Positions 10,731-18,149 of a stretch of DNA of 64,000 bases are shown in pieces; position 1 is the stretch's first letter, and each line of letters opens with the position of its first letter. Both the position numbers and the translations under genes were made by a program. The notes beneath the pieces are model-generated. The model searched no databases. It saw only the letters and a program-made list of their open reading frames with translations, and was not told the DNA's origin. Source of the DNA: Lacunisphaera sp. (GTDB taxonomy: Bacteria; Verrucomicrobiota; Verrucomicrobiia; Opitutales; Opitutaceae); contig DATJES010000038.1 of the NCBI GenBank assembly GCA_035496355.1, positions 4,337 to 68,336 of the forward strand. The letters are read 5' to 3'.

Positions 10731-12134
10731 TCAGAACGTGTGGCTGGTGAAAGCCGAGGCGTAGGTGTTGCGCTGGGCCTCCGTGGTCAACTCCTCCCAG
10801 AGCGAGACTCGATAAGGATTGCCGCCGCCAAAGTCGCTGAGGGATTCGTCGTAGTGGAACGCCGCGTTGCCAGTCAGGGTGATGTTGTTGGCCACGACCG
10901 AGCCGGAAACGTCGCCATTGCCCGCGATGGTGACGTTGGCGGTCGGGGCATAGACGACGCCGGAGAAGGCGCCGTTGCCCTTGATCGAGATATTCTGGCT
11001 GGTCGTGCTGGTGCCCCACACCTGGAAATTCTTGGCCTGCCCCTGGGTCGCCTGGGTCGTGCCGCCGTTGGCCACGCCGTTGCCGGTGATGTCGACGGTG
11101 CCGGCGGTATAGATTTTCAGCGAGCTGCCCGGGGCGATGTAGATGCTGGAGTTGCCGGTCATGCTGATGCTCGAACTGACGATGAGTGTGACGTCACCCT
11201 GGATCGTAAGGACCTTGGTGTTGTTGCCGGAGCTCGAGATGGACGAGATCGTGTAGACATTGGTGGTGCCCGCGGTGCCGATCGTCGTGGGCAGGTCGTT
11301 GTTGCCAAGGGAGGCGAGGCTGCTGCCGCCGGTCGGGGTGCTGACCGGGTCGAAGCTGGCGGAGAAATCCGTGGAGACGCGATTCGGGTCGACCGTCACG
11401 CCCGCCGGGGTGTTGGCGCCCATGATGGAGCCGTTGTTGCCGACGCTCGGGGCCGCCCCGCCGGTGCCGACATAGCCCCAGACGTCGGCTTGATTCACGC
11501 TGACGCTGCCGACGCCGACCGAGATGCTGCCTACGCTGCCGTTGTCGTTCCGGTAGCTGGTATTGTACGGAACCGGGGAGGCCCGCGTCGTGCCGTCGGG
11601 ATTCTTCTCGGAATTCCAGCTGTCGACGGAGGCGTTGTTGCCGTTGAACGTGATGGTGTTTTTCGCCACGAGGCCGTTGGAGAACTTGGACGTCTTGCGG
11701 ATCTGGACCATGACCCATTTTTCGATCGTCTTGCTGGTGTAGCCGCCGAGTGTGACGGTGGCGCGGGCGACGAACTTCGGGGAGGACACACCGGTGTAGT
11801 TGTAGGCGATGACCTGGACGATGCCCGTGCCGCCGCCATCGAAAGTATAGGTACCGGTGGAGGGGAACTGGCGCCAGGCGTTGATCCCGTCGTTGTGCCA
11901 GTCGGACCAGGTATAAGTGGTGTCGTCGACCGCCTTGTTGATGGAATACATCGCCTCCTCGAGGCCGTTCTCGGCCAGATTCATCGCGCCGTTGTTGTAG
12001 AGGGCGCGATTGGAGATGGTGATGCTGGTGCGGGCGAGCTGCAGGTAGCTGGCGATCGAGATGCCGATGATCGAGCACAGCAGGAGGCAGACGATGAGCA
12101 GCGAACCCTTCTGGGAATGGAGGCGGGAGTGCAT
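10731..12134 (-). CDS. GspK/PilX-like minor pseudopilin with a large beta-helix-like C-terminal domain (K1)
   Basis: Start trimmed to ATG 12134. The N-terminus QKGSLLIVCLLLCSIIGISIASYLQLA matches the PilX_N/GspK style (hydrophobic helix, no Glu+5). The C-terminal half has GN-rich repeats (ITGNGVANGG, IKGNGAFSG, IAGNGDVSG, LTGNAAFHYDESL). Colinear with 15714..17144. Confidence 0.7.
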   Translation of the reverse strand: MHSRLHSQKGSLLIVCLLLCSIIGISIASYLQLARTSITISNRALYNNGAMNLAENGLEEAMYSINKAVDDTTYTWSDWHNDGINAWRQFPSTGTYTFDGGGTGIVQVIAYNYTGVSSPKFVARATVTLGGYTSKTIEKWVMVQIRKTSKFSNGLVAKNTITFNGNNASVDSWNSEKNPDGTTRASPVPYNTSYRNDNGSVGSISVGVGSVSVNQADVWGYVGTGGAAPSVGNNGSIMGANTPAGVTVDPNRVSTDFSASFDPVSTPTGGSSLASLGNNDLPTTIGTAGTTNVYTISSISSSGNNTKVLTIQGDVTLIVSSSISMTGNSSIYIAPGSSLKIYTAGTVDITGNGVANGGTTQATQGQAKNFQVWGTSTTSQNISIKGNGAFSGVVYAPTANVTIAGNGDVSGSVVANNITLTGNAAFHYDESLSDFGGGNPYRVSLWEELTTEAQRNTYASAFTSHTF

Positions 12135-12142
12135 GGAAGGAA

Positions 12143-12730
12143 TCAGGCGGTGACGACCTTGTTGCGGAGGATGAAGCGTGCGGAGAGCACGGTGTTGGTG
12201 GCGGCGACGACGGTGGTGTTCGTGCGCGACGCCTGCAGGGATATCTGGATCTGCTTCGTGCTCGCGCTGGAGGCGGTGCAGTCGGAGGCCGACGCGAGCG
12301 ACAGCGAGGTGCCGTTCACGTTGTAGGCGGTGAAGGTGAAGGTGCCGCTGGTGATCCCGGTGATGAGCGTCCGGGTGCTGCCCGAGGCAGTGCGGGAAAA
12401 CGTACCGGCCGAGCTGTCGTAGGCATAGGTCACGGCCACGCCGATGACCGTCAGCGTCACGGAGCTGCTGGAATTCCAAGTGACGGCGCTGGCCTGGCGC
12501 GAATCCTCGGCGAACAACTCGAGGGCGGTGCGGGCCTGCGCTTCCATGTCGCTGTAATTGCGGAGATTGGCGCCGCTGCGGCCCATGAAGAGGAAGGTGC
12601 TGAGCACGGCGGCCAACAGGAACGCAGCCAGCCCGGCGCTGATCATGACCTCGACGAGCGTGAATCCGCGCGCCGCGGCGGCCGGCCGGCGGTCAGGTGG
12701 ACGGATGGGCGACGGTGTAGTAGTAATCAT
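12143..12730 (-). CDS. GspJ-like prepilin-type pseudopilin (J1)
   Basis: AARGFTLVEVMISAGLAAFLLAAV is a classic prepilin cleavage/methylation motif followed by a hydrophobic helix. 195 aa. Overlaps the upstream gene by 38 nt. Confidence 0.8.
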   Translation of the reverse strand: MITTTPSPIRPPDRRPAAAARGFTLVEVMISAGLAAFLLAAVLSTFLFMGRSGANLRNYSDMEAQARTALELFAEDSRQASAVTWNSSSSVTLTVIGVAVTYAYDSSAGTFSRTASGSTRTLITGITSGTFTFTAYNVNGTSLSLASASDCTASSASTKQIQISLQASRTNTTVVAATNTVLSARFILRNKVVTA

Positions 12731-13232
12731 AAAGGCCGTTTTGGGAGTAGATGGCGGTGAAGCTGCGCTGGTGCCAGCGGAGGTCGTAGGACTGCCAGCG
12801 GACCGAGATGGTGATGTCCTTCATCGATCCCGGGTGGTCGGCATCGTCGGCCACGGTGCGCGTGACAGTGTATTTGCCCGAGACGACGGCGCTGGTGCTG
12901 AAATAGGTGGCGCCATCGAAGGTCTCGGTCGCGGGGAGTTCGACGATGCTGTCGACGGCGGTGGTGGACGTCTTGCTCCACGGCATCATGCGGAGCCGCT
13001 CCATCTCGCTCTGGATGATCTGCGAGGCGAGGGTGGTGCCGCGGGCGACATCGACCTGCTTGTACCCGGATTGGATCGCGATGATCGAGGTGGCGATGCC
13101 GAGCGCCATGACAAAGGAGGCCATCGTGACCTCCATGATCGTGAAGGCCCGCCGGTCGCGCAGGCAGCGGCGGGCGGAGAAACGGCCGGTGCCGGCGGAG
13201 GCCGCGCAGGTCGGGACGTGGGTGGTGCGCAT
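12693..13232 (-). CDS. GspI/PilV-like prepilin-type pseudopilin (I1)
   Basis: RRAFTIMEVTMASFVMALGIATSIIAI is a prepilin-like motif. QSEMERLRMMPWS is shared with I2. The 29-aa leader is unusually long, so the start is uncertain. Confidence 0.7.
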   Translation of the reverse strand: MRTTHVPTCAASAGTGRFSARRCLRDRRAFTIMEVTMASFVMALGIATSIIAIQSGYKQVDVARGTTLASQIIQSEMERLRMMPWSKTSTTAVDSIVELPATETFDGATYFSTSAVVSGKYTVTRTVADDADHPGSMKDITISVRWQSYDLRWHQRSFTAIYSQNGLYDYYYTVAHPST

Positions 13233-13293
13233 GCCGGCATCCTACGCCGGCGGCGCCCGCCCGGGAACAGGCGTTGGCCTGCCGAAAGCGGCC

Positions 13294-13986
13294 CTAGCGA
13301 TTAGAGCCGAATGGCGGAGTCGTATTCCGGTTCTCGGTGTAGAGCACGGCGGCCTGGGAGCGGCGGCTGATCTGCAGCTTCTCGAAGATGTTGCTCAGAT
13401 AGTTCTTCACCGTCTTGTCGCTCAGTCCCATTTGCTCCGCGATTTCCTTGTTGGTCTTGCCCTCGGCGACGAAGGCGAGGACGCGGCGCTCCTGCGCGGA
13501 CAGCAGCGCGAGCTTGTCGCCGTCGCTCTGCGGCGGGCCGTTGCGGACGAAGTTGAGCACGCGCGTGGTGACGGCGGGGTCGAGGATGAACTTGCCGGCG
13601 GCGACATCGACGATCGCCTGGTAGAGGCCGGGCGGATTGATCTCCTTCAGCAGGTAGCCATGGGCGCCGCTGCTCATCGCCTCGTAGACAAGGTTGTCGT
13701 CGATGACGGACGTGAGAATGAGCACCTGCGTGTCGGCCTGGCTGGCCAGGATCTGCCGGCAGGCCTCGAAGCCGGAGCCATCCGGGAGGCGGATGTCGAG
13801 GAGGACGACATCGGGCGCCAGGCGCGCGCATTCGGCCACCGCGGTGGCGACGGTGCTGGCCTCGCCGACGACCTGCAGCTGGGAGCCGGTGCCCGGGTTG
13901 GCGAGGAGGGTTTTCAATCCGGTCCGCACGAGCTCGCTGTCATCGACAAGCAGGATCGTGATCGGTTTGATGGCGGTGGCGGGCAT
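13294..13986 (-). CDS. NarL/FixJ (LuxR-type) response regulator
   Basis: Receiver domain (ILLVDDSELVR ... VVLLDIRLPDGSG) plus a LuxR HTH (LSAQERRVLAFVAEGKTNKEIAEQMGLSDKTVKNYLSNIFEKL). Confidence 0.9.
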   Translation of the reverse strand: MPATAIKPITILLVDDSELVRTGLKTLLANPGTGSQLQVVGEASTVATAVAECARLAPDVVLLDIRLPDGSGFEACRQILASQADTQVLILTSVIDDNLVYEAMSSGAHGYLLKEINPPGLYQAIVDVAAGKFILDPAVTTRVLNFVRNGPPQSDGDKLALLSAQERRVLAFVAEGKTNKEIAEQMGLSDKTVKNYLSNIFEKLQISRRSQAAVLYTENRNTTPPFGSNR

Positions 13987-13989
13987 GGG

Positions 13990-15624
13990 TCAGCTGGGTT
14001 GGAGGTTGAACTTTAAAGTGAGTCGCGTGCCCTGGGCGGGCTGGGATTCGAGTCGGAGGCTCGCGCCCATTTCGCGGGCCCGGGCGGACACATTGATGAG
14101 GCCGCTGCCGGCGGTGACGGCGTCCGGGTCAAAGCCCCGGCCATCGTCCTCGAGCGCCAATACAACGGAACCCGCCTCCTCATGCAACCGCAGTGTGATG
14201 CGGGTGGCATCGCCGTGGCGGACGGCGTTGCTGATGCTCTCGCGCACGATCTGCAGGGCGTGGAGCTGGTCGCGCGGCGACAGGCGGCTGGCGGCGGCCG
14301 GGTCGATCCGGAGTTCGAGGCGCACCGGATGCAGCGCCTCCATGGTGGTGGCGAGCGTCTGCAGCGCCGGTGCGAATCCGACGATGCCCTCCGGCTCGAT
14401 GCCCGTGATGAAGCCGCGGACGTCGCGGATCGTCAGGTTCAGGCTGTCGCGCACCGCGCCAAGGCGCCGCACGGCCTCCTCCTGGTCGGTCTCGAGCGCG
14501 GCGCGCGCCGACTCGAGGCCGAGTCCGGCGGCGTAGATCGACTGGATGACGCCGTCATGCAGGTCGCGCGCGAGCCGGGTGCGAAGGGCGGCGGACCGCC
14601 GCAATTCGGCCTCGCTCTCGCGCAGCGCGGCCTCGGTGCGGTTGTGCTCCTCGACCTCGTGCTTCAGCTCGGCGCGCTGGCGGAACGCGGCCTCGGTCAT
14701 GCGGGCCAGGCGCCCGAATTCATCCGCCTGCCGGAGCAGGCCGCCGAGCGGGGCGGGGGAGTTGCCCGCCATGCTGGCTTCGAGCTGCCGGAGCGGGTTG
14801 ATGACCCAGCGCGAGACACCCAGGAAGGTCAGGGTGATCACGATGATGCCGAAGGCATAGAACACATACATGTCATTCCGGTTGTCTTCGAGCAACCGCA
14901 CCAGCGGCTCCGGGTGATAGTAGGCATGGAGCAAGCCCACCGGCCGGCCATCGAGGCCGGCCAGCGGCTGGTCGAGATGGAGGCCGAGGTCCTCGGGCGG
15001 ATGCTCCAGCCGCGTGCCCGGGGCGAAGAGCGCCAGGTCGCTGTCGAGGACGCGACCGATATTCTGCAGGAAGGCGGGGCTCCACAGCTGGCCCGCGAGA
15101 AACCAACCCTGCGGCGCGGTCTGGCGCGCCACATCCGATGAAGGTTGGATCGGTCCGGCGCGCACCTCGAGGACGCCGGCGGGCACCTCGACGAAAAAGC
15201 GGGCAAAACGATCGGCCCGCAGGCGGTCGAGCAGCGGGCCGGTCGACCACGGCAGCCCGCGCATGGGTTCGTCGAGCTGCCGGGCCGCGGCGTAGACCAG
15301 CGAGCCATCGGGTCGGAGCACCCAGGCGGCATTCACATTGAAGGTCTGGAGGCTCGCCTCGATGTTGATGGCGGCCCAGGAACGGTCGCCGGAGCGGACG
15401 AACGCCAGCATTTCGTCCCAATTCGAGTAGTCGGTGGCAAAATTGCGCAGCGACCGGCTGTTGAGCTCGGTGACCTGCTGCAGCAGCTGGGCGCGTTCGC
15501 GGCGCAGGTTGGCGAGCATCGCCTCGGCCTCGCGGAGATGCATCGACCGCAGGACCCCGGCCGTCACGCCGAAGCCGGCGAGCAGGGCGCCGAGCAGCAG
15601 CACGAGGCGGGCTTTGGTACTCAT
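13990..15624 (-). CDS. sensor histidine kinase (HK1): CHASE4-like periplasmic domain, HAMP, HisKA_3 and HATPase
   Basis: DYSNWDEMLAFV ... NVNAAWVLRPDGSLVYA resembles CHASE4. LARDLHDGVIQSIYAAGLGLE is a HisKA_3 H-box. The C-terminal region is an ATPase domain. Start set at ATG 15624 (MSTKARLVLLLGALLAGF) by analogy with HK2. The alternative ATG 15717 overlaps the K2 stop (ATGA). Confidence 0.85.
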   Translation of the reverse strand: MSTKARLVLLLGALLAGFGVTAGVLRSMHLREAEAMLANLRRERAQLLQQVTELNSRSLRNFATDYSNWDEMLAFVRSGDRSWAAINIEASLQTFNVNAAWVLRPDGSLVYAAARQLDEPMRGLPWSTGPLLDRLRADRFARFFVEVPAGVLEVRAGPIQPSSDVARQTAPQGWFLAGQLWSPAFLQNIGRVLDSDLALFAPGTRLEHPPEDLGLHLDQPLAGLDGRPVGLLHAYYHPEPLVRLLEDNRNDMYVFYAFGIIVITLTFLGVSRWVINPLRQLEASMAGNSPAPLGGLLRQADEFGRLARMTEAAFRQRAELKHEVEEHNRTEAALRESEAELRRSAALRTRLARDLHDGVIQSIYAAGLGLESARAALETDQEEAVRRLGAVRDSLNLTIRDVRGFITGIEPEGIVGFAPALQTLATTMEALHPVRLELRIDPAAASRLSPRDQLHALQIVRESISNAVRHGDATRITLRLHEEAGSVVLALEDDGRGFDPDAVTAGSGLINVSARAREMGASLRLESQPAQGTRLTLKFNLQPS

Positions 15625-15713
15625 GTGGGGCCGGAGCCATTCCAACGGACGGCGCGCCCAAGGCAAAACAAAGGGCGCATCGGCGCGGGCCGCGGGGGTG
15701 ACGCCGCCGGGGT

Positions 15714-17144
15714 TCATGGGAGTTGGGCGGCCAGGCTGGAGATCTCGCCGGCAGCGGTGATCTCGCGCCAGGTGCTGACGCCAAAGGGCATGTCGCTGCT
15801 GGCGTTGGCGAGCGACTCGTCATAGTGGAACGCCGCATTGCCGGTGACGTTGATCGTCCGGGCGACAAAGGCGCCCATGACGTCGCCGTTGCCGTTGACC
15901 TGCAGGTCGGCGTTGGGCGCATAGGCGACGGCCCGCAGGGTGCCCTTGCCCGCGACGTGCACGGTCTGGCCGGCATCGCTGGTGTTCGTGCCGTAGAAGG
16001 CGACCGTGCCGGGCCGCACGTTATTGTTCGCCAGGCCGTTTCCGCCGATGAGGATGTCCCCCTCCGCATAGACGACGAGGCTGGAATTGGCGGCGACGAT
16101 GAGGGAGGCGTTGCCGGTCACTTCGAGGGCATGAGCGCCGCTGCCCGCGGTGAGGACGAGGGTGACATCACCATAGATCGTCAACGTGGCATTGCCGGAG
16201 AGCGACACGCTGTTGCAGCGCCATTTGGTGGCCTGGCCGGGGGTGCCGAGCGTGCTGCCGATCGACGCCAGCGGCGTGCCGTCCGTGGGCGCGGTGACGC
16301 TCGGGAAGTCGGCGCTGAAATCGGTCGCCACGCGGGTGGGATCGACCTGCACGCCCGCGGCGGTGTTGCGACCCGTGATCGAGCCTTGGGTGCCGACCCG
16401 CGGCGAACCGCCGCCGGTGTAGACGTAGCCCCAGATGTCGGCCTGATTGACCAGCACGGCGGTATTGTCGACGGACACGCTGGCCACGCTGCCGTGGTCG
16501 TTGCGCGTTGCGGTGCTGTAATCGACCGGCGCGGTCGCGGGGTCGTTGTCCGGGTCGGAGTTCCAGCTGTCGACCGAGGTGTTGGTGCCGGAGAACGTGA
16601 CGGATTGTTTCGCCATCAGGCTCGCGGTGAAGCGCGAGCGCCGGCGAAGGTCGACCTCGATCATCTTGGTGACCGGCGGCTGGTTCAGCGCCTGGATGGT
16701 GGACTGGGCGACGATACGCGGGTTCGTGGCGCCGGTGAACGAATAGTTGTCGACCAGCACGCGGACGGAACCGCTGGTGTTGCTGCCGAAGTCGAAATGG
16801 TCGAAGACCTGTTTCGCGGCCGAGCCGCTCACGGTCCAGCCGGTCCACGCGTCCGCCTGGTGCGCATTGGCGCGATTGAGCGACCACAAGGCCTCCTCGG
16901 CGCCGGCCTCCGCGAGGTTGAACGCCGCGCTCTGCTGGAACCCGCGGTGCGCGAGCCGGGCCGAGCCCAGGCTGAGGTTCATGTAGCTCGTGATGGCCAG
17001 TGCGATCACCGCCATCAGGAGCAGGGCGACGATGAGCACGGTGCCGCGCGCGGACCGGCCAGGCCCGGCCGCCCGGGCGACGGCCCGGCCGGCGGCGCGC
17101 GCGGCGCCGGGGCGAAGCTGGGTGATGGGCGGCAGACGGTGCAT
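15714..17144 (-). CDS. GspK/PilX-like minor pseudopilin with a beta-helix-like C-terminal domain (K2)
   Basis: ARGTVLIVALLLMAVIALAITSYMNL is a PilX_N-like N-terminus. It shares the motifs SVDSWNS, RNDHGSV, VNQADIWGYVYTGG and GNAAFHYDESL with K1. 476 aa. Confidence 0.7.
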   Translation of the reverse strand: MHRLPPITQLRPGAARAAGRAVARAAGPGRSARGTVLIVALLLMAVIALAITSYMNLSLGSARLAHRGFQQSAAFNLAEAGAEEALWSLNRANAHQADAWTGWTVSGSAAKQVFDHFDFGSNTSGSVRVLVDNYSFTGATNPRIVAQSTIQALNQPPVTKMIEVDLRRRSRFTASLMAKQSVTFSGTNTSVDSWNSDPDNDPATAPVDYSTATRNDHGSVASVSVDNTAVLVNQADIWGYVYTGGGSPRVGTQGSITGRNTAAGVQVDPTRVATDFSADFPSVTAPTDGTPLASIGSTLGTPGQATKWRCNSVSLSGNATLTIYGDVTLVLTAGSGAHALEVTGNASLIVAANSSLVVYAEGDILIGGNGLANNNVRPGTVAFYGTNTSDAGQTVHVAGKGTLRAVAYAPNADLQVNGNGDVMGAFVARTINVTGNAAFHYDESLANASSDMPFGVSTWREITAAGEISSLAAQLP

Positions 17145-17737
17145 CAGTTCGTGACCCGTTTGTTGCGCAGGACGTAGCGGGCGGTCACGGCCGACTGCGT
17201 GACGCCGACCGTGGCGATGCTGGAGCGCCGGGCGCGGAGGACCACCTGCAGCTGCTTGGTCTCGAGGTCATTCGTCGCGGTGTTGTCACTGACCCCGTCC
17301 TGTTCGATCTTGTAGCGCTTGAAGGTGAATTCCGGCGCGACATTGCGGACGATGATGCGCCGCGCCGCGGTGGAGGCGCTGTCGCCGGCCACGCGATAAA
17401 GGCAGCCGGCGGTATCGCCGGTGGGGCCGCTGTCATAGGCCCACGTGACCTGCGTGGAGGTGGCGCCGGCGGGAAGGGTGAACGTCACGCTCTGCGCGCT
17501 GTTCCAGTGGACGTCGACGGCGGCGCGCGCATCCTCGGCGAAGGTTTCGAGTCCGCGGCGCACTTCCGTCTCCATCTCGCTCAGGCCGCTGGTGCGGAAG
17601 CCGGACCGGCCGATGAACACGAACGCGCTCAGCACCCCCGCGAGCACGAACGTGCTGAGGGTGGAGGCGATGATCACCTCCACCAGCGTGAAGCCGCGCG
17701 CGGCCGCGGTCCTAGTGCGTGGTGTTGATGTAGTCAT
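17144..17737 (-). CDS. GspJ-like prepilin-type pseudopilin (J2)
   Basis: AARGFTLVEVIIASTLSTFVLAGV motif. Start set at ATG 17737 (MTTSTPRTRT...) by analogy with J1 (MITTTPSPIR...). The track start 17794 is also possible. Confidence 0.8.
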   Translation of the reverse strand: MTTSTPRTRTAAARGFTLVEVIIASTLSTFVLAGVLSAFVFIGRSGFRTSGLSEMETEVRRGLETFAEDARAAVDVHWNSAQSVTFTLPAGATSTQVTWAYDSGPTGDTAGCLYRVAGDSASTAARRIIVRNVAPEFTFKRYKIEQDGVSDNTATNDLETKQLQVVLRARRSSIATVGVTQSAVTARYVLRNKRVTN

Positions 17738-18149
17738 TGAGTCCATCCTTGCCGTAACGCGTGATGAGGCGGGCCGTGTGCTCCCGCCCGTCATAGCCCG
17801 ACCAGGTGGTCGTCAGCGTGATTTCCTTCATGTCGGTCTTGATGGTCGTGATTTGGCGCACGCAGGTGAAGCGGGCGGCGGCGCTGCCGGCCGAGCTGTC
17901 CAGCGTGACCGTGGTTTCGCCCGAACTCTGCAGCGTCTCGAGCTGCGACCAGCTTTTGAGGCGGAGGCGCTCCATTTCCGACTGCATGAGCTGCGTCGCC
18001 AGGGCGAGGTTGCGGGCGGTGTCGACGGCCTGCTGTCCCCGCTGCATCGTCGTGATCGCGGTGACCAGGCCGAAGATGAGCACCACCGAGGCGATCATGA
18101 CCTCGACCAGGGTGAACGCGGCGAGCCGTTCCTGCCGGGCGCGTCTCAT
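17712..18149 (-). CDS. GspI/PilV-like prepilin-type pseudopilin (I2)
   Basis: MRRARQERLAAFTLVEVMIASVVLIFGLV motif. QSEMERLRLKSWS is shared with I1. The ATG overlaps the HK2 stop (ATGA at 18146-18149). Confidence 0.8.
   Translation of the reverse strand: MRRARQERLAAFTLVEVMIASVVLIFGLVTAITTMQRGQQAVDTARNLALATQLMQSEMERLRLKSWSQLETLQSSGETTVTLDSSAGSAAARFTCVRQITTIKTDMKEITLTTTWSGYDGREHTARLITRYGKDGLNDYINTTH

Noticed and set aside
15625-15717. 31-codon N-terminal extension of HK1 (ATG 15717, overlapping the K2 stop)
   Set aside because: The paralog HK2 begins directly at the equivalent MS(I/T)(R/K)xRL TM helix, and the extension has no features. It is kept only as an alternative start, because the ATGA overlap could still be real.
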